Assembly (NCBI GenBank): GCA_004764695.1
Contig: SMSO01000037.1
Span: 3,448,747-3,512,746 of the forward strand
DNA length: 64,000 nt
Direction: 5' to 3'
Source of the DNA: Schizochytrium sp. TIO01
Lineage: Eukaryota; Protista; Bigyra: Labyrinthulomycetes
The notes under the pieces were generated by a model, which was given only the letters and a program-made list of their open reading frames with translations, made no database searches and was not told where the DNA came from. Positions 1 to 12,800 of the stretch are shown here, piece by piece (within the stretch, counting starts at the first letter, position 1; every line of letters begins with the position of its first letter). The position numbers were made by a program, and so were the translations under genes.

Positions 1-285
1 AAGTGGCCGAGAGACCGGCCAATGGGCAGGCAGGCGGGAGGGAGGGATGACTGGCCCGCGTTGGCCAGCCAGACATATACATACATACATACATCCCATG
101 CTTGGTTTCCGTGGCCATCAATCAGCCTCAGGAAGGCAGGCAGTCAAGTTCCCGTGCCGTTCACACTCGGTAGAAGAGGCCGCGGCCTTTCGTTTGCAGT
201 CAGTCAGTCAGTCAATCAAACAAACCAACCTCATGAAAACCAGCTTCGACGTCAACTTAATCGATCCACGGGCTCAAGGCCTTCC

Positions 286-375
286 ATGTATGATGTGTGT
301 ATGTATTTATGTATTTATGTATTGATGTATTATGTATTGATGTATTATGTATATGTATTATGTATTGATGTATTT
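286..375. repeat. Degenerate ATGTATT/ATGT-type simple tandem repeat within a microsatellite-rich intergenic region (also GGCA, ACAT, CAGT, CAAA runs in 20-230)
   Basis: Visible run atgtatttatgtatttatgtattgatgtattatgtattgatgtatt... Confidence 0.8.
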
Positions 376-1142
376 GTTTCATCGAGAGAGGGAATGGACA
401 AGAAGGTATGGATGGTATGCGACATTCTGGTGTGCGCGAGAAAGAAGATAAGAAGATCCTCAGAGCCCACTCTGGCGAGGAAAACACAGTTGGTTGTTCT
501 ATAACCAATGCCGTTTTCTTTGGGGATCGAGTCTGCTCAGGCCCACCCACCCTTCGCCAATGCATGAATTGGCGATGAGAGCGAGGGTAGTTTAGTTGGC
601 AGGCACCAGATTACGAAGCTAGCTAGGTCTTCTTCGCCACGACAAGCTTCGCTTGCCTGCAAGGAATCTGCGGCAAGATGCAAGAACACGCACAGGCAAA
701 AGTTGTGCGGAGGGTTTCCAGCCACAGAAGCACCTACCCTGTGTGATTGATGCCAACGCTATCCATGTATGCTGATCAGTACAGAGCTCGCCGAGGCGGA
801 GAAGCTGTCCTGGTGAGAGCCGAGCGCTGCTGAAGCGGGTCAGCGGCCGTGAGGTTTATATGGAAAGCTGCCCCTGAAGGCCAGTCAGGCTTCTTCTATA
901 ATCTGCTGGTGGAGCAGGGAGTGTGCTCCATCAATCATGGAAGCTCTTGGAGATGTGAGAATCCTCTTTCATCACGATTCGTGAATTTAGGTCATGATGG
1001 TTGGCGCCAGCAGAGCTTCTTCCAGCTGGCTGTGGAGAAGAGTGAAGGGAAATGGCGCCTCGCCCAAGCCTCGAAACGGCAGCCGGATAAAAGCAGGAGA
1101 AAAAAGCTATAGTGAAGCAGTAATCGCCTAGGTATTTGTTTT

Positions 1143-1170
1143 CTATCTATCTATCTATCTATCTATCTAT
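1143..1170. repeat. (CTAT)7 microsatellite
   Basis: Perfect tetranucleotide run read directly. Confidence 0.9.
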
Positions 1171-2573
1171 TGATCAATCGATCATTGGCCTCACAGCCTT
1201 TTGTAAGGGATCCGGGCGGTCTAATCTGCACTGGAAGCTTGCCGTGATCCCATTACATTCAGCTGCCTGGCCGCTCCGCTAACAAGTCTGTCCGTACCTT
1301 ACTGGATTTCAACGACTGACATATTTCCCATTAGTTGACCTCGACAACGCGACTTTATTAATTGAAAATTCGATGATGCATTTTTTAATTTTTTTAAATT
1401 AAATATTTAGAGTTAAAGGTATCGTGAAAAGGTCGAGGATCGGTCAATGCGTTTCCAACCACTACGTAGAGAGGCCCAACTATCGAGTTTGAGAACCAGT
1501 AAACTGCACTTATAGATTCGGACCTGATAATCATGTTTGCTTAGATATAACTTATAATTAAATTTTCAATGGTAAAGCCCGGTATTTGTTTTTCATTTTT
1601 TTCCGTAAATAAACACGGCTTTGGGCGTTGGCCTATATTTCTGAGCTAGAGAAAGCTAAAAGGTTTTTATGCTCTAGAGAATTCTGATGAAAACGGTATT
1701 GATTTTTTTTAATCACATCACGCATTAGTAGTCCTACCTACATCTTTTCACATTGGTTGGCTCCTCTGTATGATATCGTATTCGCGTTTCCAGATAATTT
1801 AAGGAGGCGTGGGAATCGCGAGCTTGTATGTCATAAACTTTTACCAGAATTTCACATGTAATCAGAAACTACATTGAGGGCAGAGAATCTATGACCGAGA
1901 TTTGGCTTTCTGCAAAGGAAATTCCTGGGTGCTAAGATTTACGTGAAGGAATCTTCCGAGAAATTACATACTACCATAGAAAATAATCGATTATTTATAG
2001 TAGTTGGTGGGTATCTATACATTTATAGAAAGGGCCCAGGCTTTCATAGTGACTTTCAAAAGAATTGCTTTGGTAGTCACTCTAGATATTATAGTGCCTA
2101 TAGTTCTTAATCATACGAGTAACGTATGTCATGCAGACGAAAACACAAGTTCAGCACACACTTTGCGGTGCGGAACTCGCCTGACTTCAACGCATCTTTG
2201 GAGGAAGGACATAGCAACTTCACGTTTATTAGAAGCATTGAGCAAATAGTATCAATCAAGTTGAGGAATCCAGATGAACTTATGTAGTAATTAGTATGAC
2301 ACGTACGTAGTGTCTCATTGCGAAGCTTGTAAACTGCAACTTCTTTTGGAATTCTTAACTAATTCAAGGCACAAGATTATAGTGCTACTTTTATCATGTT
2401 TAAGGAAAAGCAATGTATGAACCTATATAGGTAGTATATGCGTTATGTTCGCCTACTTGTAGAATAGGGAATCGTAGGTCCGTACTCCATCGTATCGACT
2501 CATGATGGCTGACACAAATGAGAAGAGGATAATATGGTTACCGCTCTCCGCATAGCAAGCAAACTACGCTGCG

Positions 2574-3356
2574 ATGCAAGCGCAGCGGACGTGGACTTCA
2601 CGGCATTATGCGGTTGGTGCAACCTTTGATAGACGCCCTCGATATGGAAATGGGCAGAACAGAAACCCACTTGCCAAGTTCTCACCAAGGATTCTCGATG
2701 AAGTTGAAACAACAGAAAGCTCACGCTCTGTGAGCATTGCAATAAAGAGTGAGGTGGAGGAACCTGAGGAAGCAAAACTTGTTTCCAGTAACCAAATTGT
2801 CGAAAAAGAGAAGATCAAGAAAGTGCCGGCACGCCAGCCTCGATTAATCGTACAACGACGAAAAAAGTTTGAGCGTCCATCATTATCTGCGCAACTTGAA
2901 AAAATTGGAAAGGATGCCAGCGAAATTACTCAGCAGCTGACCAAAACCTTTGGTGCAAGTGCTGGAGTTGTACAGACGACTGCTCCAGCAAATGCAACCC
3001 TACTTTTTCAGGTTCCTGCCAGCAGCTTTATAGTAGGAAAACTTGCTAGCAAGTTCCCCTCGCCGGTGCAGTTTTATACGAATCGGTGCGAATACCAATT
3101 TCATCATCCTTACCAAGCAGCACAAATTCATATGGTGATGTATTATCGCGACATGGATGAAACAACTTTAGATCTGAGCAAGTGGATTCTGCGATTCCGA
3201 ATCCCACACAAGCTATTTCATTATGGATCAGATTATGATTATCGCGACGCAAGACACGCCGTCGAAGTGGTTCTTAGCTCTGAACACGATGCACGTCAGG
3301 TAGCCCGTGAAAAGCCTAGGTTCTCAGGTGGCCTGCGAATATTACGTCGCAGATAA
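2574..3356 (+). CDS. Hypothetical protein, 260 aa; basic/disordered N-half and compact beta-rich C-terminal domain
   Basis: ATG-initiated 260-codon ORF with natural protein composition, convergent with the P450 gene; no family motif recognised. Confidence 0.65.
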   Translation: MQAQRTWTSRHYAVGATFDRRPRYGNGQNRNPLAKFSPRILDEVETTESSRSVSIAIKSEVEEPEEAKLVSSNQIVEKEKIKKVPARQPRLIVQRRKKFERPSLSAQLEKIGKDASEITQQLTKTFGASAGVVQTTAPANATLLFQVPASSFIVGKLASKFPSPVQFYTNRCEYQFHHPYQAAQIHMVMYYRDMDETTLDLSKWILRFRIPHKLFHYGSDYDYRDARHAVEVVLSSEHDARQVAREKPRFSGGLRILRRR

Positions 3357-3640
3357 CTAAAAATTTGCCAATATTCTTTCGTGTTTAGGAAGGTGTAGGT
3401 CAGGAATGTCATAATGTTTCACTTGATAGGCATCCTTTTCAAAGAGACTTGAGCAACATGCAAGATAGGAATTTGCAATGTTTATTAAAATCTGAAAAAA
3501 GAAAAAGAATAGACACGTTCAAGCAAGCAAGCTATCTAATGGAGATATTCAAGACATGATCAAACTTTGATTATTCAACAATCTAGAGAGGCACTTTGTC
3601 TGACGCTCTGCTTAGTTGCGTGCTCTGTTTATTTAAACGA

Positions 3641-5252
3641 TTAGTGGTAACGCGGAGTAGCAATCAATGGCAAGCCATCATTCACAGTCATCGTGATTCC
3701 GGTCGCATAGGGCGGCTCTAAAGGAGGCCGCTCCATCTTGAAAGAAAACCTGCGAACCAGCTCAACAACGAGGACCTTGGCTTCAAAAACAGCCAAATCA
3801 GCACCGAGACACTTGCGACGGCCTGGTTGAAATACAGGAAACATCCACTCCTCAACGGTACGTTTTGATCCATCCTCTAGGATCCACCGTTCCGGACGCG
3901 GCTCTGAGGCATCGGGACCCCATAGCTTCTCAGATCTGCCCATGCTGTAAATATCAAAACTCACCACACCACCGGCAGGTACAAATGTCCCGTCAGGCAG
4001 AATATCATCTTGGCATGCCATCTTGCCGTCACCTGGAACGGGAGGAAAGAGTCGCAAGCTTTCTTGGATTACACCAGTAAGGTATGGGAACCCACGTTTC
4101 AACTCCTCCAGCGTTGGCGGCCTAAACTCCTCAGGGCTTGAAGCCGGCAACTCCTGTTCAATTTCCTCCAGGAGCTTCGACTGAATGTCCTGGTGTGTGC
4201 AAAGAATCATGAAGGAGAATGATAGCAAACAAGCTGTTGTATCTCGACCTGCGATGAAAAAAGCTCATCACAACATCGCGAAGAAATTTACGAGTCTTGA
4301 CAACCTCACGCGGTGGAGTGTTGAGACTAAGCACATTTTCATCTCGAAAATGCTGGATAAAGTGCGAAAGGATATCCTGTTTGCCTGACAGATCCTTTTC
4401 CCGCAGTCGCTCGTCGATTACACCATATGAAAACTTGTCCATCTTTGCGATATGCTCAGCAAGTGCTTTCTCTGATGCGTAAAAAGAGCCTAGGTACTTG
4501 TAAAAGGGTTTGGTCATACGCAGGAAGCTTAGCTTTTGGGCGTTGTCGAATGATTCAGCAAACCATGCGTTTTCCTCAGTATCTAGCGTCTTCAGGTCAA
4601 CACCAAAACCGACGCTTCCAATAGAATCCATGGTAAATTTAAAGAGCATTGTTTGCATGTCGATTGAACGTTTGCCATCGATACTTTGAAGACGGTTCGC
4701 AATTTTGAGCGAGTTTTCTGCAAACACGTCATACATTTTACCCTGAAAGACATTGCGCGTGAAGATTTTGGATGCTGTTTTACGCTGAAGGGTCCATGCA
4801 GCACCCCCATCGTTGGCGTAGGTACCGTGGTTTACAGCAAAAATGCCCTTACCAAGCAAGTCGTACAGTAGATCAATGAGAATCTCGCTTTTGATATAGA
4901 TGTCAAATTCTGTCTTGAGAATGTGTTTTACATTATCTGGGTTGGTCGTGATTACAATAGGCGTGAGATTCCATATTGCGCTGATGGTTGCATATGTCTC
5001 GCCGTACTTATGCATGAGCCCGAGCCTATAATCGTAAAGGCGATTCCAGTTCTTGGCAGCTTCTACAATGGAACCGAGGATTCCTCCGGAATAGATCACC
5101 TCTGGGTTGAGGTGGGGGTTTCTCTCCTTGAGTAACTTTCGTAGACGCTGCATCTTGTACACCTGACGAACAACCAGCACGATGATTCCTGCGCCTAGCA
5201 CTGCTACGATAGACCGCAGCTTTTGGCCCAGCTTTGACGCCATCGTAGTCAT
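3641..5252 (-). CDS. Cytochrome P450, CYP86/CYP94/CYP704-like (clan 86-type, putative fatty-acid hydroxylase); reading frame interrupted by one extra base at 4257-4262
   Basis: N-terminal TM anchor, LLGKGIF and WxxQRK (C-helix) in ORF 4158-5252; ExxR (ESLR), PERW and heme motif FQPGRRKCLG in ORF 3641-4228. Removing one T from the T6 run restores I-helix SFFIAGRDTT and gives a 536-aa protein. Confidence 0.92.
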
Positions 5253-8200
5253 TGCACAACTTGTGGTCTCTCCTTATACTTCCCCTGTGAGTTTTAAGTC
5301 CCAGCAAGTAAGAGCCACAGACCAGTCACCTAAGAACTCTGGTTCAAGCGTATCCGCGACTAGCGATATGGCAGGGCCTGGCGGTGTCTCGAGTGATTGA
5401 AAATCTGGATTTGGGAATTGCGAGCTTTTTGCGCCCGATCAAACATTGGAAATTACATCGAGGGAGGTTCTTCGTTTCAAACCCTCTCACGTTTTATTTT
5501 TCAATCCCTTTAGAAAAGAAAAGTACATCAATTCACTATTTTCAATTCAAGTAGTTGATGGTTTCTAGACTTTACAGACTTGCGGCGTGGGGGCGGGCAA
5601 TCGCTCGGAAAAGGTTCTACAAACCAGCGGCACCATTCATTTGCTTGCAAGCTATATAATGTGACGTATTTTAGAAACGAGCTTGCGATAGGCAATGCCA
5701 AGCACAACTTCATCTTCGAATAGGATTTCGTTAAGAAAATAAAAAAATAAAACAATCCTCTTTCCAAAATTTGAAGAATTGTGGGTCAGTTGGCCTTCCT
5801 TGTTCTCTCGGTACATTTTTTGCTTTCTGCATCTATTCCTTTGAGCCTTCTCGTTGGTGGACCTGGCTGCCTACCAAAGCGTGGTCCCTGTTGCAAAGAA
5901 TACACAGATGTTTCGTTTGCACGACAAATATGATTTCCTCTCTGTGAAATCGTGTTCGGGTGCATCGATCTGAACGATTACATCGTGAAAGGTATTGATT
6001 TTCACCTCCGTGGTTCGTTTGTGAAAGGATAGTAGTTGTGGGTAGTAGTAGTGGATACATTTTAATGTTGAATATATGCTGACACATGCCTCTGGACTAC
6101 CGCTTCGCTTCAATTCGATACAACAAGAGACGAACAGATTGGCATGCCAGCGTAAAACAACACATAATCCCTGTCACCAGGAATAAGCAACATGTTCACT
6201 CAGCAATTGTTAAATGAGTTTGATATTCGTCTACTTTTGTATAACTTGTCACCAGTTTTAGAGCCTAAAGAATAAAGAATTACACATATAATTGATTGAT
6301 TGATTAATTAATTAATATTTAATTAAGTAATCAAGGGAGTAAGTATGCAAATGAATGAATGAATGAATGAATATATAGATACATAAATTCCTACAAACTC
6401 GTAAGTATCCGCGTTTCCCTCTCAAAGGAAGCTACGATTGTTCCGGAGCCAGGTCTGTAACCAACAACACCTTCCTATTAGACCCTTTATGAATTCCATG
6501 CCTTTCTAATGAATAAGAGAAGGCCAGTTTGATCGCAATATGTCGCGATCAAACGAACTTCGTATTGTCCATTTTTAAAGACCATTTCTACATTATGTTT
6601 GCCCTTGCAAAACCAAGCACCTTGAACAAATCTCATACACAGCGCTAATGATGGAACATAGAGAGGATCAAGTTACACCGTCGTGGTTGAACGTCCTTGG
6701 AATACAGTGTACAAAGCGTGAAGGTCTGTATGGTCATGGACGCACGCTTATAAATCTTCGTTACGAGTTACACACGATTGCATAAAGAGAGGAAAGGCGA
6801 AAGATTGAAAGTCGTGTTTTTCTTTTTCCTTTTTCAGTTAAAAAATTAATTTTAAAAATTAACAAATGGTCGGGTCGAAAATGAGCTCAAGTCCGCCATC
6901 TGACACTTCTAAGAGACGCAAAATATGCCATTAAATCAAGTGTATTACTTATAAGATGATTCAAGGACGCTTGCTCCAAGTATCTAGCTAGGCACGCAGG
7001 CACCTGCTGGCAAGCAGATAATAGCGACGAAGATGGTCAAGGAAGTTCTTTAATAGTTCGTTGTTCTTTGGAAACTGTGCTGAAGAGGTCTGCAGAACTA
7101 TCCCTAGCTTTGGTACTTTGCTTACTATTATTGCTGGCAAACAAATATCAATACTTTAAATAGGTGGTGAGTCAAGATCTTTCAGAGTTCACTGACTGAA
7201 AAATTGGGAGTTTTGTGCTTACTATGGAGTATTTTCAGATAAACGAGATTAAGCAAGCTTTGGGCTTCCAAATCAACCTTGTCAATTCTTATTGAGGGCA
7301 TTGCATCTGCTATTCTAAAATAAGATGGATAGTGGAGCTACGGATGGCAGAGCTATGTGTATTTCAGACGAACTTGGGGGAAGTTTGCGCGAGGGATCAC
7401 GCTATTGTTCTGTCAGCTTCAAGCATCGAAGGGGATTGATCTCATGAATGAGCAGAGTATCCTGATATACACCCTACCTTTTAAAGTGCATGGCTAGAAT
7501 CAATCAAGAAAGTAAACAGAGTAGTCCGCCTGGACAATTGCGCTCGCACGTGGCAGCAACCAATTAACTCAAAGCTTTGTTTTCTTGAGGTCTGTACGAA
7601 TTAAGCGAATGGGCCATTTGGTGCAGGTTCTATAAAGGATCAGTCAGGGACACCAAGATGAAAACCAAGATGAAATCTTGAATTTGTGGTATCCATTTTC
7701 GCATGTGATACTTGGGTTAATGGCACTTGCATGAATAGGCCGACACAGCTATCATAGACAGCGCTAAGAGGGCTCGGCGCAAAGCTGAAGAAAATAATCC
7801 ACAACAAAAGTTTGATTTTAAAAAAGGGTGAAGATGTAGGTTAATATGATACACAACATAGAGACAAAGGGTCAATATTAAAAGGTCACCGCACGGTCAC
7901 CTCACGGACAAATTAAGCACAGCCATTATATGCTGTTTTTCGTTTCGAGAACTCAGCACAAGATTTGTAAATGAGTAAAAGGAAGGAGTCAGGCACTCTG
8001 ACAAGCCAAGGATACCCCTGGATAGATAAACGGTTGCATCACGCGCTAAAAGAAATGTATCGAAGGGTGCGATGCAGTCAAATGCCCTCCGCATTAATTT
8101 CATAATGGAGTCTAAAAGCCAGCATATTGGTGCCAGGTAAGGCAGCAATTGCGCCAAATCATCTTTTTTAAATAAATAAAAAAGAGCATTATTCCATTTC

Positions 8201-8444
8201 CAACGCCGCACTCCGTCAGTCGAAACAAGCAATACGCTTGTTGCTTCAATATAAATCAGCCGATATGGAGGAAAATTTCCACGCTAGCAATACACAACAG
8301 TTGCAAAGGCTAGTGTCACCACCGTAAAACCAGCGGGCCAAACATTCAGAATTGAATGTCTCACACATGTATGTACATCCGAGACTTTGACAAATCAAAT
8401 CAAGAAAAAGTTGTGAACTCAGTCAATGATCGCCAACCAGAAAA

Positions 8445-9866
8445 TTATGACATACCTGAATTTGCACAGCGTACGTGGTAAAGGAAGGCTTCTTCCGGTT
8501 GAATTACTTGAACATGTGGAAGATCTCTCTCATTGTACACGTGTGAGAGAATATCGATCCAGTGCACTTTTATAGATGTATAGGGAACATTGGGTCTAAC
8601 AAAAAGCTTCGTGAGGCCAGTCCGAACTTTCCCGCCTTCCACAATTTTCTGTTCTGCTGGAGCATTACAAAACCTCGAATCGTCACGATCATCTTCATCA
8701 ACTGGAGCAAGCATGAAAAGTTGCATAATATTAACTTCAGGGCGAACCTTGGTGAAAATATCTGCTGTTAGATACTCATCAAGATCCAGAAAGCCCACCC
8801 AGCTTGGACGTAGAAGTGAAACTCTATCAAGGCAATCTTTCCGCGTCAAGGATTGCATAAAAGCCTTTGTATTCCACACCACCCAACTTGCACGAAGACC
8901 ATACAGATCTTGCAAAACGTCACGCAAATCCACAAGGACCAAACTACCATCACGCAGATAGGGATCCAGAACATCTCGGTCACGTACCCTCGAGGTCCCC
9001 ACCTCATACATTATGGTAACCGGAATGCCTTGCTTGAGATTATTCTCCACGAAGTAAGCAACGCTTTTGGCATATACATTATTGAAGAGTACCCGGCCAC
9101 ACACGACTGGCTTTCCCTTGATTAAGTTTGCACCGCGGTCTGGAACGTGGCCCACACGAAGCACCTGCGGTGACCTAGAGTCATAGCCATAGTCATAGTG
9201 AAGTTCAAATTGATCGTGTGATAACACGCGTATTGCTTTGCTAAACACACAGCGAAAATGCACAGTGCGAAGGGGATATCTGTCGTATACAAGGTCTGAC
9301 TTAAAAAGCTCCCTGAACTTTTTGTAATAGGCCCATGTGCCATGGTCCTCATTCATGGGTGCGTTTTCTTCAGGTGCCATTGTAATGAAGACAGTGCCCT
9401 GAATACACTCATGTGAGTTGCCTGACCGGCACACACTGCAAGAGCGGTCATTGCCAGTCGACACATCACACCATCCAGTGTCTGAGCACGTTTCCAGTTC
9501 ATATTCAAGGGAGCCGAGCCTTGCCACGAAGGATGCGTGGACTTCCTCCCGTGATGGTGACCACCATGCAATGACTGATTCTGATAATGCTTCAATACTT
9601 TTCCGTGTACCCCTGGAAACACGTACGGGGTCTGATTTGTGAATGCGCAGAGAATACATAGGGAAATCCATGTCTGACTTGCTCTGATAGCTAGTCCCAG
9701 TCGTTATGGCACGATAGTCAAACTCCAGCAAGCGTCCAATCTGTACGCCTAGCAGCAAGACAAAAGTAAGCACCAAACACGAAAGATACCTACCCCTAAA
9801 CACCAGCGCAGGCCCATCTCGGTGGTGATGATGATAGTGATGCAATGAAGTTCTACGTTGTCGCAT
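8445..9866 (-). CDS. Type II membrane glycosyltransferase, GT92/DUF23-like
   Basis: Short N-tail with His run, single TM (YLSCLVLTFVLLLGVQI), then QSLTRKDCLDR, WVGFLDLDEYL (DxD), K-x4-P, VHW and LYHVR as in GT92/GT-A enzymes. First ATG at 9866 (ORF track starts at TTG 9893). Confidence 0.7.
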   Translation of the reverse strand: MRQRRTSLHHYHHHHRDGPALVFRGRYLSCLVLTFVLLLGVQIGRLLEFDYRAITTGTSYQSKSDMDFPMYSLRIHKSDPVRVSRGTRKSIEALSESVIAWWSPSREEVHASFVARLGSLEYELETCSDTGWCDVSTGNDRSCSVCRSGNSHECIQGTVFITMAPEENAPMNEDHGTWAYYKKFRELFKSDLVYDRYPLRTVHFRCVFSKAIRVLSHDQFELHYDYGYDSRSPQVLRVGHVPDRGANLIKGKPVVCGRVLFNNVYAKSVAYFVENNLKQGIPVTIMYEVGTSRVRDRDVLDPYLRDGSLVLVDLRDVLQDLYGLRASWVVWNTKAFMQSLTRKDCLDRVSLLRPSWVGFLDLDEYLTADIFTKVRPEVNIMQLFMLAPVDEDDRDDSRFCNAPAEQKIVEGGKVRTGLTKLFVRPNVPYTSIKVHWIDILSHVYNERDLPHVQVIQPEEAFLYHVRCANSGMS

Positions 9867-12800
9867 ACTGACACGAATATCCGCCGCCTTCAAGTGAGGC
9901 TCTCCACAGCCCCCTTGAGGCGGCGTCTCTTCGCGGCCTCGCAGAATAATATTGCTAGATTGAAGAAACGACCCCGCGAGAGCGTTCTGGGTGAGTATCC
10001 GTTCTCGTCACAGACAACAAATTTTACAAACCTTTTCTACTATATTGAAGCAGCTCTCCTTCAAATCAACCAAGTTTAAATGTTGCCCTTCGTCCACCTC
10101 ACTTATAGTCTCAAAGGAAATTCCAGGTTACGGAAGAAGAAAAGTTTTCTATCTCCAACTTCGCCAGTACATGCAATTCGTTTGGTATCCACAATCTTGT
10201 TAGAATATCGATGTTATTCTTTCTTCACTACACAATGCCTCCTCTTTTCGCACGGTCGTTGGCTAAGCTAGCAAATGCTTTCCCTTGGGCAAACCCGCAA
10301 TTTCTAGCCAGGCTACCCCGCGTATGCGAAAGCTGATATCTCAAGCCCTGCACACCGCGCGAGACGTCGAGCTTGAACCGTGGAGAAGCGCTCGTGGATG
10401 TGTATATTTATATATAGACGGGCTCTTCCTTGCTCTCCGCAAAGAGAGTCTCCGTTAGTCGCCTGAAGTACAGACAGACTGACAGGGCACCGCCGGAGGT
10501 CCGGTCGGCGTAGTGAACGCAGCGGAAACCGTTTCCGCCGCTCTCCGCGCCGCTACGCAGCGGAGGCTCTTGCGTCTTTGCTGCTCTTTCTCTCTTTCTT
10601 TATCTCAATCATTCGCTAACTTTTTTCTCTCTCTCTCATAATATACAATATCATTACTACACATACATAACAAATGCCTACCTACCTACTACACCTTGTT
10701 TTAGTAGTAGGTACTTACTTACTTACCTACTTACTTAACCAAGTACTAGTATTAGGAGTACAGAAAAACACTCTTTCTTTCCTCAGAACAGAGTTATCAT
10801 TTTCCACACCATAATTGATTATTTTGGCACGGTGAATGTTGACTCTTCAAGCCTGCAAGATCAGGGCTGTGCGTGTCGTCCTCCTCGAGCACCCAGGCCT
10901 CCTCATCTGCCCCGGTTATCTCGTACATGCACCGCAATGTGATGGTGCTTATCGTCATAAAAGCATGGAAACCCCACCTTTGTTCATTGCATCACTCAGT
11001 GTCGCATAGATACTCTTAGGCTGAGAAGGACCTGCTCAATTTATATTTCTTTGCTAAATCTTAAATCTTATCGTTCGAGTTGCATATTCCTGCTGGAGCA
11101 TCGACATCGCTGTCCGGGGTTTATGCTGATGCCACTCTTCTCCTTCTTTCTTTCAGTGGATGCTTTAAGTATTGTTGGCAAACTTGCCATGCACATTATG
11201 TTTGCAGATTTGCCGTGTTCATCAGGCTTAATTAAAAGTTTTCCCTTCTAATTCTTTCTCAGGTTTTGGCAAGTTTTAGGTCCATGTAACATTTCGGATT
11301 TAAAGCTTTCAAAGCCAACGAAGACGGATTCGGCTAGCCTTCTTCCCAACGTTTTGAGGATGAGTGGAATGATCGTGCTGCGGATGCTGTTGTGCAAAAA
11401 ACCATTTCTTGATTTTCGCACCACATGTAGCAAACAGTACTTAGCATTATGTGGATGCTACTGTGGAGCTCTAAGCAGGAAAACATAAGGGATGAAGTGA
11501 TCAAATCCAATAACCTACACGCGGGAAGACTTCGATGGATGCGAGACGTTGTGGCCAACCTCAAGTACTTGACGCGGGTATGCAGAACACATAAGGTGAA
11601 AAGACCACCGCGACTCAGTCCATTCATTAAGAAGTGCCAACATTCACGCGCTCGAGTTTAGGGTGCCAGGCTATTTGGAGAAGGCTACTTTGGTTGATTT
11701 GTATTGCACACGTGCACACCCACACGCATGGATGATTGACATTGACTACATCACTGCAATGATTGTTACGCCAAGGCTGGGTAAGTACATCTTGACTACT
11801 GAATTCACAAGCAAAATTAACAGTCCGAGCGGGCGCATGTTACTCAGGGCAACCTCCTTGGGCATTGAGAACAAACTCCTGGCTCTACAGATGGACAAGG
11901 GAGTGATAATTTACGATTTTCGTATGGAAGCATGATGCAAATATTTCGCAAGCGGGATCATTCGTAGGGCACACTTTTAGCAAAGTCATAAATGAACCGA
12001 GCACGCGCTTCAATAGTATAATCTAGCAGACCCAAATTAAGAAACATTTGTCAGGGAGTAATAGGTAGTAGCAGTATTATGCACAAAATCTCTTGAGGAA
12101 GCAAAAATACACTCGCTCGAGAGACTTGTTTAAAGAATGATTAAAATCCAAAGTTCTAAGCATCCATAGCGCGCCAGCGAAGCTTTGTGCTTTTGTGTGT
12201 ATGTGTGTAAATACTTCAAAGCACTCAGGCTCGCTGGCCTTCAAGTTGTTATCAGTACATAGGTAGCTAGCTACCTCCCAAAGAGTGTAAGAAAACGATG
12301 CACGCAGCCCAATTGTAAAGTCTAATCGAACGCCGAGAGTTCTAGCACTTAGTAGCGTGCAATGCCTAGTCCTCTGTCTGGACGAAGCAAAATGTGGAGG
12401 TGCGGGCTGTCCAGCCCATGTATCAAAACAACGGAACGTGGAAGGTCTCCCCGAATGAAATCAGTCTAAAAATTGTTTTTGAGACTTGTTGGAACCCGCC
12501 TACCTACGAATGTATGCGTTCATTCTTCATGTTTACCCACTCTACCTAATCAGAGACCTCGTCTAATTAGCAACCTTTTGACTTCGGTAGGAACCCAAAT
12601 CAGCACAAATCAGATTCAAGCTCGAAGAAACATTGCCTTTGATTTATATTTCACTCAAGTTTTATGTTTTATATTTTTTATATTTTTTTAATATATATAT
12701 ACACATCACGATATGCTACATGTAGTCGATAGATTGTATCACATAGGCTTTTCTTTTGTGTACTTTCTTATTAGCCAGACACTACTTCTATGGACCCTGC

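Noticed and set aside
22-1112. Several 60-160-aa ORFs at the window start
   Set aside because: Translations largely derive from microsatellites (YVLMYY, SQSVNQTNQ) or have no recognisable motif
6527-6554. Perfect 10-bp inverted repeat GTTTGATCGC-N8-GCGATCAAAC
   Set aside because: About one such hairpin is expected by chance in 64 kb; no supporting context, and bacterial-style terminators are not relevant here
7897-8232. 111-aa ORF faintly resembling an ADP-ribosyltransferase fragment (..TVYLSRG)
   Set aside because: Non-ATG start, no downstream catalytic motifs; the resemblance is too weak
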